Positions 1 to 9,134 of a stretch of 64,000 nt of DNA are shown here, in pieces; the first letter of the stretch is position 1, and every line of letters starts with the position of its first letter. The position numbers and the translations under genes are program-made. The stretch lies in the NCBI GenBank assembly GCA_033723415.1, contig JAWVXD010000002.1:288001-352000 (forward strand), read 5' to 3'. Origin of the DNA: Sulfurospirillaceae bacterium (GTDB lineage: Bacteria > Campylobacterota > Campylobacteria > Campylobacterales > Sulfurospirillaceae). The notes below the pieces were generated by a model, which ran no database searches, was not told where the DNA came from, and worked only from the letters and a program-made list of their open reading frames with translations.

Positions 1-170
1 TCATATGCTTTTACGGAGTTTTGCTCCAAAAGCACTTGCGTCAAATCACCTAAGCCAGGCCCAATTTCCACTAACTTACGCTTAGTGTTGGGCATCGATT
101 GGATGATTTTACTTAAAACGGTACTGTCTATCAAAAAATTTTGACCAAACTTCTTCTTAGCCTCTATCAA
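1..170 (-). CDS. rsmA: 16S rRNA adenine dimethyltransferase RsmA/KsgA, N-terminal part (runs off the window)
   Basis: Manual translation from TTG at 170: MIEAKKKFGQNFLIDSTVLSKIIQSMPNTKRKLVEIGPGLGDLT, with the KsgA motifs GQNFL and EIGPGLG; upstream AAAGG RBS. Not in the ORF track. Confidence 0.93.
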   Translation of the reverse strand, partial: MIEAKKKFGQNFLIDSTVLSKIIQSMPNTKRKLVEIGPGLGDLTQVLLEQNSVKAY

Positions 171-298
171 TCTTGAACCGCCTTTTAAATTTGTTTTATT
201 TTACCTTTATTTTGCTTACATGTGGATTATTGTTTATCTTCATATAAGTTACAATAATCCAACGCAAGCAAATTGTCGGTATTTTTTCTTTTTGATTA

Positions 299-1552
299 TT
301 ATCTAGAATTTCTGAGCGTTTGTCTGTTTCTTGTATTATTAGAGCGTGCTCTATCCGGTCTTTTATCTCTGCCGCCTCTGTTTCTTTGCTGAATAGGTTC
401 TGCCTTAATTGATTTATCAGGCTCATAGCCTTCTATGGAAACTTTTTGAATTTTTTGCTTGATAAGTTTTTCAATATCATTCAAAAAGGCGTGTTCATCA
501 ACACATACGAGTGATACTGCTACACCTCCATTGCCGGCTCTTCCCGTTCGTCCTATCCTATGAATGTAATCTTCGGGAACATTTGGCAACTCATAATTGA
601 CAACATTCGGTAATTGTGCGATGTCAATTCCTCTTGCAGCGATATCCGTAGCAACCAGAACTTTTACGACCCCATCTTTGAAATTAGATAAAGCTTTTGT
701 TCTCGCTCCTTGACTTTTATTACCATGGATCGCCGCAGAACTGATGCCATCAAAACCCAGTTGCTCACTCAAACGGTTAGCTCCATGCTTTGTCCTGGTG
801 AAGACCAATACTTGTTCCCATTTATTTGAACGAATTAAGTGTGTTAGTAATTTACGCTTATTTGTTTTATCCACAAAATGCACGATTTGTTCAACACTCT
901 GTGCCGTAGTATTTGGACTTGCAACTTCAACAAGGACAGGGGAATTTAAAAGATTATCGGAAAGCTTTTTAATTTCCTTCGAAAATGTTGCAGAAAATAA
1001 AAGATTTTGCCTCTGTTTTGGAATAATCGCCAATATTTTTTTAATATCATTTATAAATCCCATATCTAACATACGGTCCGCTTCATCCAAGATCAGATAT
1101 TCTACGCGTGATAAATCAACGGTTTTTTGCCCTACATGATCTAGTAAGCGCCCAGGTGTTGCGATTAATATATCCACCCCTTTGCGAAGTGTAGAAATTT
1201 GTGGATTAATCCCGACTCCGCCGAATACTATCGTAGATTTTAGTGGTAAGTATTTTCCGTATGTTTGTACACTTTCTCCTACTTGAAGCGCTAACTCACG
1301 AGTCGGTGTTAGTATAAGTGCTCTGACATAAGGTTTGTTTTTATTCTTCGTATCTCCACTCAACAATTGTAATAACGGTAAAGTAAAACCTGCCGTTTTA
1401 CCGGTTCCTGTTTGAGCTCCTGCTAATATATCTTTTTTATTAAGAATGACCGGAATAGCTTTTTCTTGAATTGGTGTAGGAGTGGTGTAACCCGCTTCTG
1501 TCACTGCGCGTAAAATTTGGGCAGACAAGCCCATAGTAGTAAATGATGACAT
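299..1552 (-). CDS. rhlE: DEAD-box ATP-dependent RNA helicase (RhlE-like)
   Basis: Q motif [35 protein letters not shown]; basic C-terminal tail. Confidence 0.93.
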   Translation of the reverse strand: MSSFTTMGLSAQILRAVTEAGYTTPTPIQEKAIPVILNKKDILAGAQTGTGKTAGFTLPLLQLLSGDTKNKNKPYVRALILTPTRELALQVGESVQTYGKYLPLKSTIVFGGVGINPQISTLRKGVDILIATPGRLLDHVGQKTVDLSRVEYLILDEADRMLDMGFINDIKKILAIIPKQRQNLLFSATFSKEIKKLSDNLLNSPVLVEVASPNTTAQSVEQIVHFVDKTNKRKLLTHLIRSNKWEQVLVFTRTKHGANRLSEQLGFDGISSAAIHGNKSQGARTKALSNFKDGVVKVLVATDIAARGIDIAQLPNVVNYELPNVPEDYIHRIGRTGRAGNGGVAVSLVCVDEHAFLNDIEKLIKQKIQKVSIEGYEPDKSIKAEPIQQRNRGGRDKRPDRARSNNTRNRQTLRNSR

Positions 1553-1700
1553 AATTGTCCCTTTGGTATGAGCTTACGAAAAGTAATAAAACTTTTTCGA
1601 TCTAAGCTAAAAATATGTTTGTTGTTAAGATTATCAGAAGATTACTAAACGAAGTCAGTCGCAGATCGAAGCACGCTGAAATTACGACATTGTATCATAA
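1553..1700 (-). promoter_or_regulatory. Extended -10 promoter and ~130-nt structured 5' UTR of the helicase gene
   Basis: Minus strand TGATACAAT at about 1689-1697; hairpins at 1655-1679 and 1571-1608. Confidence 0.55.
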
Positions 1701-1725
1701 TTATTGACAATATGTATTTCTGCCC

Positions 1726-3009
1726 TCAATCCGTCTTCAATATTCCATTGGCCGCTCGGATCCCGGAAGCCCATGCAGCTGTGATTCCTCTGCTCGTTCC
1801 TGCACCGTCTCCAATGATATAATATCCTTCTTTTACCATAAAATTATTATTGATAAATTGCGGTTTATTTGAATAAGTTTTAATTTCAGGATAATATATG
1901 ATGGTTGATGGATGTAAGACTCCAGGTATAATCGTATCCAACATTTTAAGTGATTTCCAGATATCTCTTAAAATTTTTGCCGGCATACTCAAAGACAAAT
2001 CAGCAGCAATAGCACTTTTGAGTGTGGGTTTAAAATCATAAAGATCATTATTAAAAGTTTCTTTTTTACTTCTTGAGCCCAATCTAAAATCACCGACTCT
2101 TTGCATTATAACAGAACCTCCGCTAAGTTGCATCACCATTTCTCCTAGAATTTTCCCAAATTGCTGTCCGCTAACAATCGGCTCAGTGAGTCGTATAGTC
2201 TTAAGCATTGCAAAGTTAACCAATCCGTTAGGTTCATTATCTTTTGACAAAGAATGCCCATTTACAGAGTAATATCCCTTATATTTTTCCCTAACAACAT
2301 GAGCACACCCTGAGTTCGTACAAAATGTTCTGACTTTGTTTGGAAAAAGAATCTTCGGGTCATAGTAATCCTTGACTATAGGATAGTGTTCTTCTTTCAT
2401 CTCAACTCTGACACCTATGTCTACAATATTATCACTATAACTAACACCCAGAGTATTCATCTGTTTTTGAAGCCAGTCATAATCAGCTCTGCCAGGTGCC
2501 AAAATAATATTTTTGAAAGATATACTATCTCCATTATTTAATTTAATCTCTTTGTTATCTTTTGAAAGCTCTTCTACTTCCGTTTCTAGTGCAACATCAA
2601 CATGTAAAATTTTAAGTTTTTTAATCAGGTCATTGATCAATTTAGATGATTTATCGGTTCCGACATGTGCTTGATCTATTGATAGGATCTCAACACCTAT
2701 TTTTTCGGCTCTATCGATATATTTGTCAATATTATGTCTTGTTTCTATCTTCGGGTTTAAATGTTCTTTTACTTCCTGCATCAAAAGATCTGCATCAGCT
2801 TTGCTCCAATGCTCAAACGGAAATCCAACCGGATATGTATAGTTTTGCTTACAATCGTTTCGCAGACCTCCTGAGCTGATTTTCTTTTTTTCTAAAAGTA
2901 AAACCGAATACTCAGAGTTTTCTGCTATTTTAAAAGCAGCGCCTAATCCTGCCGGTCCAGAGCCTATTATTACGACATCATAGTTTGGTTTTAATATTAT
3001 ATTTTTCAT
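1726..3009 (-). CDS. FAD-dependent oxidoreductase (uncharacterised FAD-dependent dehydrogenase family)
   Basis: Rossmann IIGSGPAGLGAA, VRTFCTN, C-terminal IGDGAGTSRGI; start placed at ATG 3009 (the ORF track extends to 3045). Confidence 0.8.
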   Translation of the reverse strand: MKNIILKPNYDVVIIGSGPAGLGAAFKIAENSEYSVLLLEKKKISSGGLRNDCKQNYTYPVGFPFEHWSKADADLLMQEVKEHLNPKIETRHNIDKYIDRAEKIGVEILSIDQAHVGTDKSSKLINDLIKKLKILHVDVALETEVEELSKDNKEIKLNNGDSISFKNIILAPGRADYDWLQKQMNTLGVSYSDNIVDIGVRVEMKEEHYPIVKDYYDPKILFPNKVRTFCTNSGCAHVVREKYKGYYSVNGHSLSKDNEPNGLVNFAMLKTIRLTEPIVSGQQFGKILGEMVMQLSGGSVIMQRVGDFRLGSRSKKETFNNDLYDFKPTLKSAIAADLSLSMPAKILRDIWKSLKMLDTIIPGVLHPSTIIYYPEIKTYSNKPQFINNNFMVKEGYYIIGDGAGTSRGITAAWASGIRAANGILKTD

Positions 3010-3122
3010 AATGGTGAGTATAGCTAAATCTTTATTTAAATTCAAAGCGCTCTATGTTCCCAGAGATTGCTAATTTTTCAGACTTTATGTATTATAATTA
3101 TATATATACTTTGGAGTGTTTA

Positions 3123-3599
3123 ATGAAACATAATTATAAAAGAATTTCCTCACCCATAGGTCTATTATACATTGTAGCAACAAAGACTCATCTAGTCGGT
3201 TTGACACCAGAGAGTGGCTGGGAAAAGTTAAAAAAAAGATTTGAGAATCTTCATGAAGAAGATAATGATATTTTGGTAAAAACTCAAAATCAACTAAAAG
3301 ATTATTTTGATAAAAAAAGATTTGAATTTGATATTCCACTCTTTTTCAATGGCACAAAATTTCAAAATGCTGCCTGGAAAGCTTTATTACAGATCCCTTA
3401 CGGGAATACTATCAGTTATCAAGAACAAGCCATAGGTATAGGAAATCCAAAAGCAGTAAGAGCAATAGGCGGAGCAAACGGAGCAAACCCTATATCGATT
3501 ATTGTGCCATGTCACAGAGTTATAGGAAAGTCTGGTAAACTAACAGGTTATGCAAGTGGACTAGATATCAAAAAATATCTTTTAGAGTTAGAAAAATGA
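3123..3599 (+). CDS. ogt: Methylated-DNA--protein-cysteine methyltransferase
   Basis: IPYG, AVRAIG, active-site PCHRV; GGAG RBS before ATG 3123. Confidence 0.92.
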   Translation: MKHNYKRISSPIGLLYIVATKTHLVGLTPESGWEKLKKRFENLHEEDNDILVKTQNQLKDYFDKKRFEFDIPLFFNGTKFQNAAWKALLQIPYGNTISYQEQAIGIGNPKAVRAIGGANGANPISIIVPCHRVIGKSGKLTGYASGLDIKKYLLELEK

Positions 3600-3655
3600 A
3601 ACTTATTCAGCCGTTTTTTCTCTTATTTTTGATAATATTTTGACAGGAGAAACAA

Positions 3656-4414
3656 ATGGAATATTTTGCTAAAAGAATTATACCTTGCCTAGATGTAAAA
3701 GACGGAAGAGTCGTAAAAGGCGTAAATTTTGTAGGTTTGCAAGATGCAGGTGATCCTGTCGAAGTTGCAAAAAGATACAATCAAGAAGGTGCAGATGAGA
3801 TTACGTTCTTAGATATCACGGCAAGTCATGAACAAAGAGAAACCATAGTTGATATAGTAGAGAAAGTTGCAAAAGAAGTTTTTATTCCACTAACAGTAGG
3901 TGGCGGTATCAAAACTCTAGACGATATCTATAAATTATTGCAGGTTGGATGTGACAAGATAAGCATAAACTCTTATGCCATCAATAATCCTGATTTTATA
4001 AATGCTTCATCAAAAAGATTTGGTTCTCAGTGCATAGTAGTCGCAATTGATGCAAAAAGACATGGAGACAGTTGGAATGTATACATAAACGGCGGTAGAA
4101 TTGATACAGGCATAGATGCTCTCGAATGGGCACAAGAAGCACAGCAAAGAGGAGCCGGAGAGATCCTCCTGACTTCTATGGATTGTGATGGATCAAAAAA
4201 TGGTTATGATCTTGTTCTCACAAAAAAAATGAGTGATTTATTGGATATTCCAATTATTGCAAGTGGGGGTGCCGGAAATATGCAGCACATCAAAGATGCA
4301 TTTTTAAACGGAGCGGACGCTGCACTTGCAGCATCTATTTTTCACTATAAAGAAATAGAAATCATGGCACTTAAAAGGTACCTAAAAGAAGAGGGGATCC
4401 CCGTAAGAATATGA
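3656..4414 (+). CDS. hisF: Imidazole glycerol phosphate synthase cyclase subunit
   Basis: [31 protein letters not shown]. Confidence 0.97.
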   Translation: MEYFAKRIIPCLDVKDGRVVKGVNFVGLQDAGDPVEVAKRYNQEGADEITFLDITASHEQRETIVDIVEKVAKEVFIPLTVGGGIKTLDDIYKLLQVGCDKISINSYAINNPDFINASSKRFGSQCIVVAIDAKRHGDSWNVYINGGRIDTGIDALEWAQEAQQRGAGEILLTSMDCDGSKNGYDLVLTKKMSDLLDIPIIASGGAGNMQHIKDAFLNGADAALAASIFHYKEIEIMALKRYLKEEGIPVRI

Positions 4415-4968
4415 TAATATGTGCCGGTAATATTGAATCTTTTGACTTTGCTACACCTATTGGCATAGGCTTGATAGAAAGCTCTATCAATCTTACGCAA
4501 TTAGTTTTAAAAAATAAACCAAAATCTTTATTATTTGTCGGTACGGCTGGGAGTTATGGAGAGTATAAACCTTTAGATCTTATACATTCAAATAGCTCAA
4601 CCAATATAGAAACAGGATATTTTTCTGGGTCATGTTATACCCCTATTAGTAATAAAGTCACATCAAAAACATTTAATGTTTCATGTGAAACAGCTAACAA
4701 TAATAAAATTATAATAAACTCTAGTAATTATATTACAACTAACAAACAAGTCAGTGAACATTTTTTAAATATTGGTATTGAGGCAGAGAATATGGAGTTT
4801 TTCTCTGTGCTAACAGTCGCAAAAAAATTTAAAATTCCAGCCGTTGGCATATTTGCAATTACTAACTTTTGCGACAAAAATGCACACCAAGATTTTATAA
4901 AAAATCACAAAAAAGCAAAAGAGATACTAACAAAAAAAACGAAAGAGATAATGGAAACATATGAATAA
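4411..4968 (+). CDS. Purine-nucleoside phosphorylase family protein
   Basis: [21 protein letters not shown] motifs of the PNP/MTAN fold; ATGA overlap with hisF. Confidence 0.75.
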   Translation: MIICAGNIESFDFATPIGIGLIESSINLTQLVLKNKPKSLLFVGTAGSYGEYKPLDLIHSNSSTNIETGYFSGSCYTPISNKVTSKTFNVSCETANNNKIIINSSNYITTNKQVSEHFLNIGIEAENMEFFSVLTVAKKFKIPAVGIFAITNFCDKNAHQDFIKNHKKAKEILTKKTKEIMETYE

Positions 4969-6037
4969 AATCAATATACTAGATTATACGAAAGACGAAC
5001 TTAGCCAAATTATAAAACCTTCTTTCCGTGCTAAGCAAATATATGAATGGATATATAAAAAGTACGTCAATTCTTTTGAAGAAATGAAAAATATACCCAA
5101 GGAATTAAGATCGGAATTAGATGAAAAATATTATTTTGATCCTCTAAAAATTGCAACAGTTGAAAAAAGCTCTGACGGAAGCAAGAAATATCTGTTTTCG
5201 CTAAATGACGGCAAAACTGTAGAATCCGTTTTACTGCCTATGAAAAAAGAACAGCTTGGAGAAGACGGCGAGTTGTTACACCACACAAAATATACAATAT
5301 GCATATCTTCTCAAGTCGGCTGTAAAATCGGCTGCTCTTTTTGCCTAACAGGGAAAAGTGGTTTTTTGAGAAATCTAACACCAGGAGAGATAACTTCTCA
5401 GGTCTTGATGATCAAAAAAGATAATGAAATAGCCGAGAATAGAAGAGTCAATATTGTTTTTATGGGTATGGGTGAGCCCCTTGACAACTTGGAAAATGTC
5501 AGTAAAGCAGTAAACATATTCGCTGATCCGGAAGGTCTTTCTATATCACCAAGGAGACAAACAATATCAACTAGCGGTTTGAGCTCACAGATAACAAAAC
5601 TTGGCAATATGAACTTGGGAGTCTTATTGGCAATCTCCCTTCATGCAGTAGATGATGACTTAAGGGTACAACTTATGCCAATAAATAAAGCATATAATAT
5701 AGAATCAATAATAAACGCAGTTAAATCTTTTCCGATAGATGCAAGAAAAAGGGTGATGTTTGAGTACTTGGTAATTAAAGATTTGAATGATGACATCAAG
5801 AGTGCTAAGAAATTAGTTAAACTTCTAAATGGAATTAAGTCTAAAGTCAATCTTATCTTTTTCAATCCACACGAGGGCAGTGTGTACAAAAGACCTGAGG
5901 TTAAAAAGGTAATAGAGTTTCAAGAATACTTGCTGAAGCATGGTCTTCTTTGCACAATTAGAGAGTCCAAAGGACTTGACATAAGTGCAGCTTGCGGCCA
6001 ATTAAAAGATAGAAAGGAAAAAGATGAGTATAGTTGA
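4961..6037 (+). CDS. rlmN: 23S rRNA m2A2503 radical SAM methyltransferase
   Basis: [13 protein letters not shown] (CxxxCxxC), MGMGEP, C-terminal AACGQL. Confidence 0.96.
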   Translation: MNKINILDYTKDELSQIIKPSFRAKQIYEWIYKKYVNSFEEMKNIPKELRSELDEKYYFDPLKIATVEKSSDGSKKYLFSLNDGKTVESVLLPMKKEQLGEDGELLHHTKYTICISSQVGCKIGCSFCLTGKSGFLRNLTPGEITSQVLMIKKDNEIAENRRVNIVFMGMGEPLDNLENVSKAVNIFADPEGLSISPRRQTISTSGLSSQITKLGNMNLGVLLAISLHAVDDDLRVQLMPINKAYNIESIINAVKSFPIDARKRVMFEYLVIKDLNDDIKSAKKLVKLLNGIKSKVNLIFFNPHEGSVYKRPEVKKVIEFQEYLLKHGLLCTIRESKGLDISAACGQLKDRKEKDEYS

Positions 6038-6119
6038 CAAAGGCGAGGCTGTTTTTTTATTGATTTTTGTTCTCGGATCAATTTACGGAATAGTAAAAGT
6101 ACTTTTTGCTGGCGAATAG
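6024..6119 (+). CDS. Putative 31-aa single-TM small protein
   Basis: [40 protein letters not shown]; overlaps the rlmN end; followed by a hairpin. Confidence 0.5.
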   Translation: MSIVDKGEAVFLLIFVLGSIYGIVKVLFAGE

Positions 6120-6126
6120 TCGTGAA

Positions 6127-6160
6127 GACAACAAGCAGAAAAAATTCAGTGCTTGTTGTC
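6127..6160. terminator. Hairpin between convergent genes
   Basis: GACAACAAGCA...TGCTTGTTGTC inverted repeat. Confidence 0.55.
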
Positions 6161-6172
6161 AGATAAGTTTTT

Positions 6173-6790
6173 TTATTTTGCAATCCAAGTCTTACTTAGA
6201 AGTTTGTCATCACCAACATAAATTTCACCCGTAAATTTATCGCCGATAGTTATGATTCCCACTCCACTTGGAGTGCCACTCATAACTATGTCTCCGTCTT
6301 CTAACGTAGAAAAAGATTTTATCTCATGAAGTATAACGTTAGGTGGATAGATCATCAAATCAACTCCACCTTCTTGAGTCAATTTGTCATTAATATATAA
6401 TTTCAAACTAAGTTTTTCTATATCATTCTCTTCAATTTCAATAAAATCACTAAACACTCCTGCACCGTTAAATGCCTTTGCTCTCTCCCAAGGTAATCCT
6501 TTGCTTTTTAGCTTTCCCTGTAATTCTCTATCAGTTAGATCCAAGCCAAAACCTACTGCCTTTATTTTTAAATCTCTGATCAAGAATGAAATTTCTCCTT
6601 CATAATGCAGGACTCTTCCAAAAGTGTTTAAATCATGACTTACTGCACTATTTGGCTTCATAAAAAGAACCATAGACGTCGGAACTTCATTATTTAATTC
6701 TTTTATATGCTCAACATAATTTCTCCCAACGCATACAATTTTGCTAGGAAATATCTCTTTATTATCAAAAATTACACTATTCATATTCAT
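6173..6790 (-). CDS. Fumarylacetoacetate hydrolase family protein
   Basis: KIVCVGRNYVEH, HYEGE, DLTDR, PWERAK, GTPSGVG. Confidence 0.92.
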   Translation of the reverse strand: MNMNSVIFDNKEIFPSKIVCVGRNYVEHIKELNNEVPTSMVLFMKPNSAVSHDLNTFGRVLHYEGEISFLIRDLKIKAVGFGLDLTDRELQGKLKSKGLPWERAKAFNGAGVFSDFIEIEENDIEKLSLKLYINDKLTQEGGVDLMIYPPNVILHEIKSFSTLEDGDIVMSGTPSGVGIITIGDKFTGEIYVGDDKLLSKTWIAK

Positions 6791-7673
6791 AGCCTCCCAA
6801 TTTAATTTTGCTTTTGATATTGTAATCTATATTTTTATAGTTGAAACTTAATAAATGAGAGTGTAACATCAATCTTAACGACCCACTGTTTTTTATCCTC
6901 TCTTCATCGCTTAAATATCCATTTAAATATTTTTCAGCAATATCCTCATTTACACCATAAATAGGATCTCCCAAAATTGAATGTTTCACATGAAACAAAT
7001 GAACTCTTATTTGATGAGTTCTCCCTGTTATAGGGATTGCCTTGACCAAAGTAAGATCTAATTCTTTAATATAAAGCAGTGGGGAAACGTGAGTTATAGA
7101 TCTGAAACCAGATTCAACGACAAAAGATTTTATACGTATTTTTGAACTTTCCAAATTAGCTTTTACACACGTATCAATACTAAGATCATTTTCTATCTTT
7201 CCTCTAACCAAGGCGATATATTCTTTTTTTATTTCACGGTTTTCAAACATTCTTTTGATTTCGACTTCAGCTTTTTTATTTTTAGAAACCATTATTAAAC
7301 CACTGGTTTCTTTATCGATTCTGTGAACTACGTTTGCATCTTTTCCGAATAAAGATTTAATATCATCATTTAAACTATAAGTATCAGAAAAATTATTTGG
7401 ATGCACTAAAATACCGGATGGTTTTTCAAAAACTGCAAAATCTTCAACTTCAAAGACAGGGTACAGACCACTAGGTTTTGGATCAAATACAATAACTTCA
7501 ACTTTACCGCAAATATTTTTGCTTTTTGTCATCATGACCTGACCATCAACAAATACTCTTTTTTTATCTATCCATTTCTGTGCTTCTTTCATAGTGCAAT
7601 TAAATTCATCTAATAAAAACTTATAAGCTTTTATTTTATCTTTCAAAAAAAATTCTTTTCGTAAAAAGGCCAT
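6777..7673 (-). CDS. RluA-family pseudouridine synthase
   Basis: KPSGILVH, catalytic HRIDKETSG, TGRTHQIRVH. Confidence 0.93.
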   Translation of the reverse strand: MAFLRKEFFLKDKIKAYKFLLDEFNCTMKEAQKWIDKKRVFVDGQVMMTKSKNICGKVEVIVFDPKPSGLYPVFEVEDFAVFEKPSGILVHPNNFSDTYSLNDDIKSLFGKDANVVHRIDKETSGLIMVSKNKKAEVEIKRMFENREIKKEYIALVRGKIENDLSIDTCVKANLESSKIRIKSFVVESGFRSITHVSPLLYIKELDLTLVKAIPITGRTHQIRVHLFHVKHSILGDPIYGVNEDIAEKYLNGYLSDEERIKNSGSLRLMLHSHLLSFNYKNIDYNIKSKIKLGGYEYE

Positions 7674-7789
7674 TTAACTTTTATCCTTTTTTAACTAACT
7701 TTTAGTTAGAATAAATACATTATAATATAAGCATTTATGATTTATGATCATATAGAACAATAGCAAATTTTACATTAAGGATTGCCATA

Positions 7790-9118
7790 ATGGTAGAGCG
7801 TTATTCTAGACAAATAATGAAAGACAAGTGGACAGTACAAGCGAAATACGATGCTTGGTTAAAAGTAGAAAAAGCTGCAGTAAAAGGCTGGAATAGGCTA
7901 GGTCTCATAAATGATTCAGACTGCAAAAAAATATTGGACAATGCTCAATTTAATGTAGAAGAGATCGATGAAATAGAGAAAAAAACAAAACATGATGTTA
8001 TAGCTTTCTTGACAAGTGTAGCTAAAAGCCTTGGAGATGAAAGTAGATGGGTGCATTATGGAATGACGAGTTCAGACTGCATAGACACGGCTGTTGCACT
8101 TCAGATGAAAGAATCATTAGAATTGATCATAGAAGATGTTAAGGATCTGATGAAAAATATAAAGACCAGAGCATTTGAACACAAAAAAACACTAATGGTA
8201 GGAAGAAGTCATGGTATTCACGGAGAACCGATAACATTTGGCTTAGTTTTAGCAATATGGTACGATGAAATAAAAAGAAATCTGGAAAATCTTGAGCATA
8301 CACTGAAAGTTATAAGTGTCGGGCAGATAAGCGGAGCTATGGGCAATATGGCACACTCTCCAATAGAACTTGAAGAAATTGTATGTGAAGAACTGGGACT
8401 TTCTCCTGCTCCGGTTTCAAATCAAGTTATACAAAGAGACAGATACGCGAACCTTATGAATGCTTTAGCACTACTCGCATCAAGTTGCGAAAAAATTGCA
8501 GTTGCAATAAGACACTATCAAAGAACAGAAGTTTATGAAGCAGAAGAATTCTTTAGTAAAGGACAAAAAGGCAGCTCTGCCATGCCTCATAAAAGAAATC
8601 CTGTGCTAAGTGAGAATGTTACAGGCCTTTGTAGAGTTATCAGAAGCTATGCGATTCCTGCACTTGAAAATGTCGCACTTTGGCATGAGAGAGACATAAG
8701 TCACAGCTCGGTTGAAAGGTTTACTTTGCCTGATGGATTTATCACGACTGATTTCATGCTGAACCGTCTCAGCGGAGTCATCGAGAAACTTTTAGTATAT
8801 CCAGAGAATATGATGAAAAATCTAAACTTGACAGGGGGATTAGTTTTTTCTCAAAGAGTTCTATTGGAACTTCCATCTCGTGGAGTAAGTAGAGAAGATG
8901 CTTACAAGATAGTTCAAAGAAATGCTATGAAAGTTTGGGAAGATCTTCAAGTAGGAAAACCTGCTATGAATGATAAAGGGGAAAGTCTCTTTATGGCAAA
9001 TCTTTTAGTTGATGAGGATTTAAAAGAAAAACTAAGTGAAGATGAAATCAGATCATGCTTTGACTACGAATACTACATGAAAAATGTGGACAAACTTTTT
9101 AATAGAGTTTTTAAATAA
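7790..9118 (+). CDS. purB: Adenylosuccinate lyase
   Basis: HDVIAF, HYGMTSSD, GSSAMPHKRNP. Confidence 0.97.
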   Translation: MVERYSRQIMKDKWTVQAKYDAWLKVEKAAVKGWNRLGLINDSDCKKILDNAQFNVEEIDEIEKKTKHDVIAFLTSVAKSLGDESRWVHYGMTSSDCIDTAVALQMKESLELIIEDVKDLMKNIKTRAFEHKKTLMVGRSHGIHGEPITFGLVLAIWYDEIKRNLENLEHTLKVISVGQISGAMGNMAHSPIELEEIVCEELGLSPAPVSNQVIQRDRYANLMNALALLASSCEKIAVAIRHYQRTEVYEAEEFFSKGQKGSSAMPHKRNPVLSENVTGLCRVIRSYAIPALENVALWHERDISHSSVERFTLPDGFITTDFMLNRLSGVIEKLLVYPENMMKNLNLTGGLVFSQRVLLELPSRGVSREDAYKIVQRNAMKVWEDLQVGKPAMNDKGESLFMANLLVDEDLKEKLSEDEIRSCFDYEYYMKNVDKLFNRVFK

Positions 9119-9134
9119 AAAATAGGGAATATTT

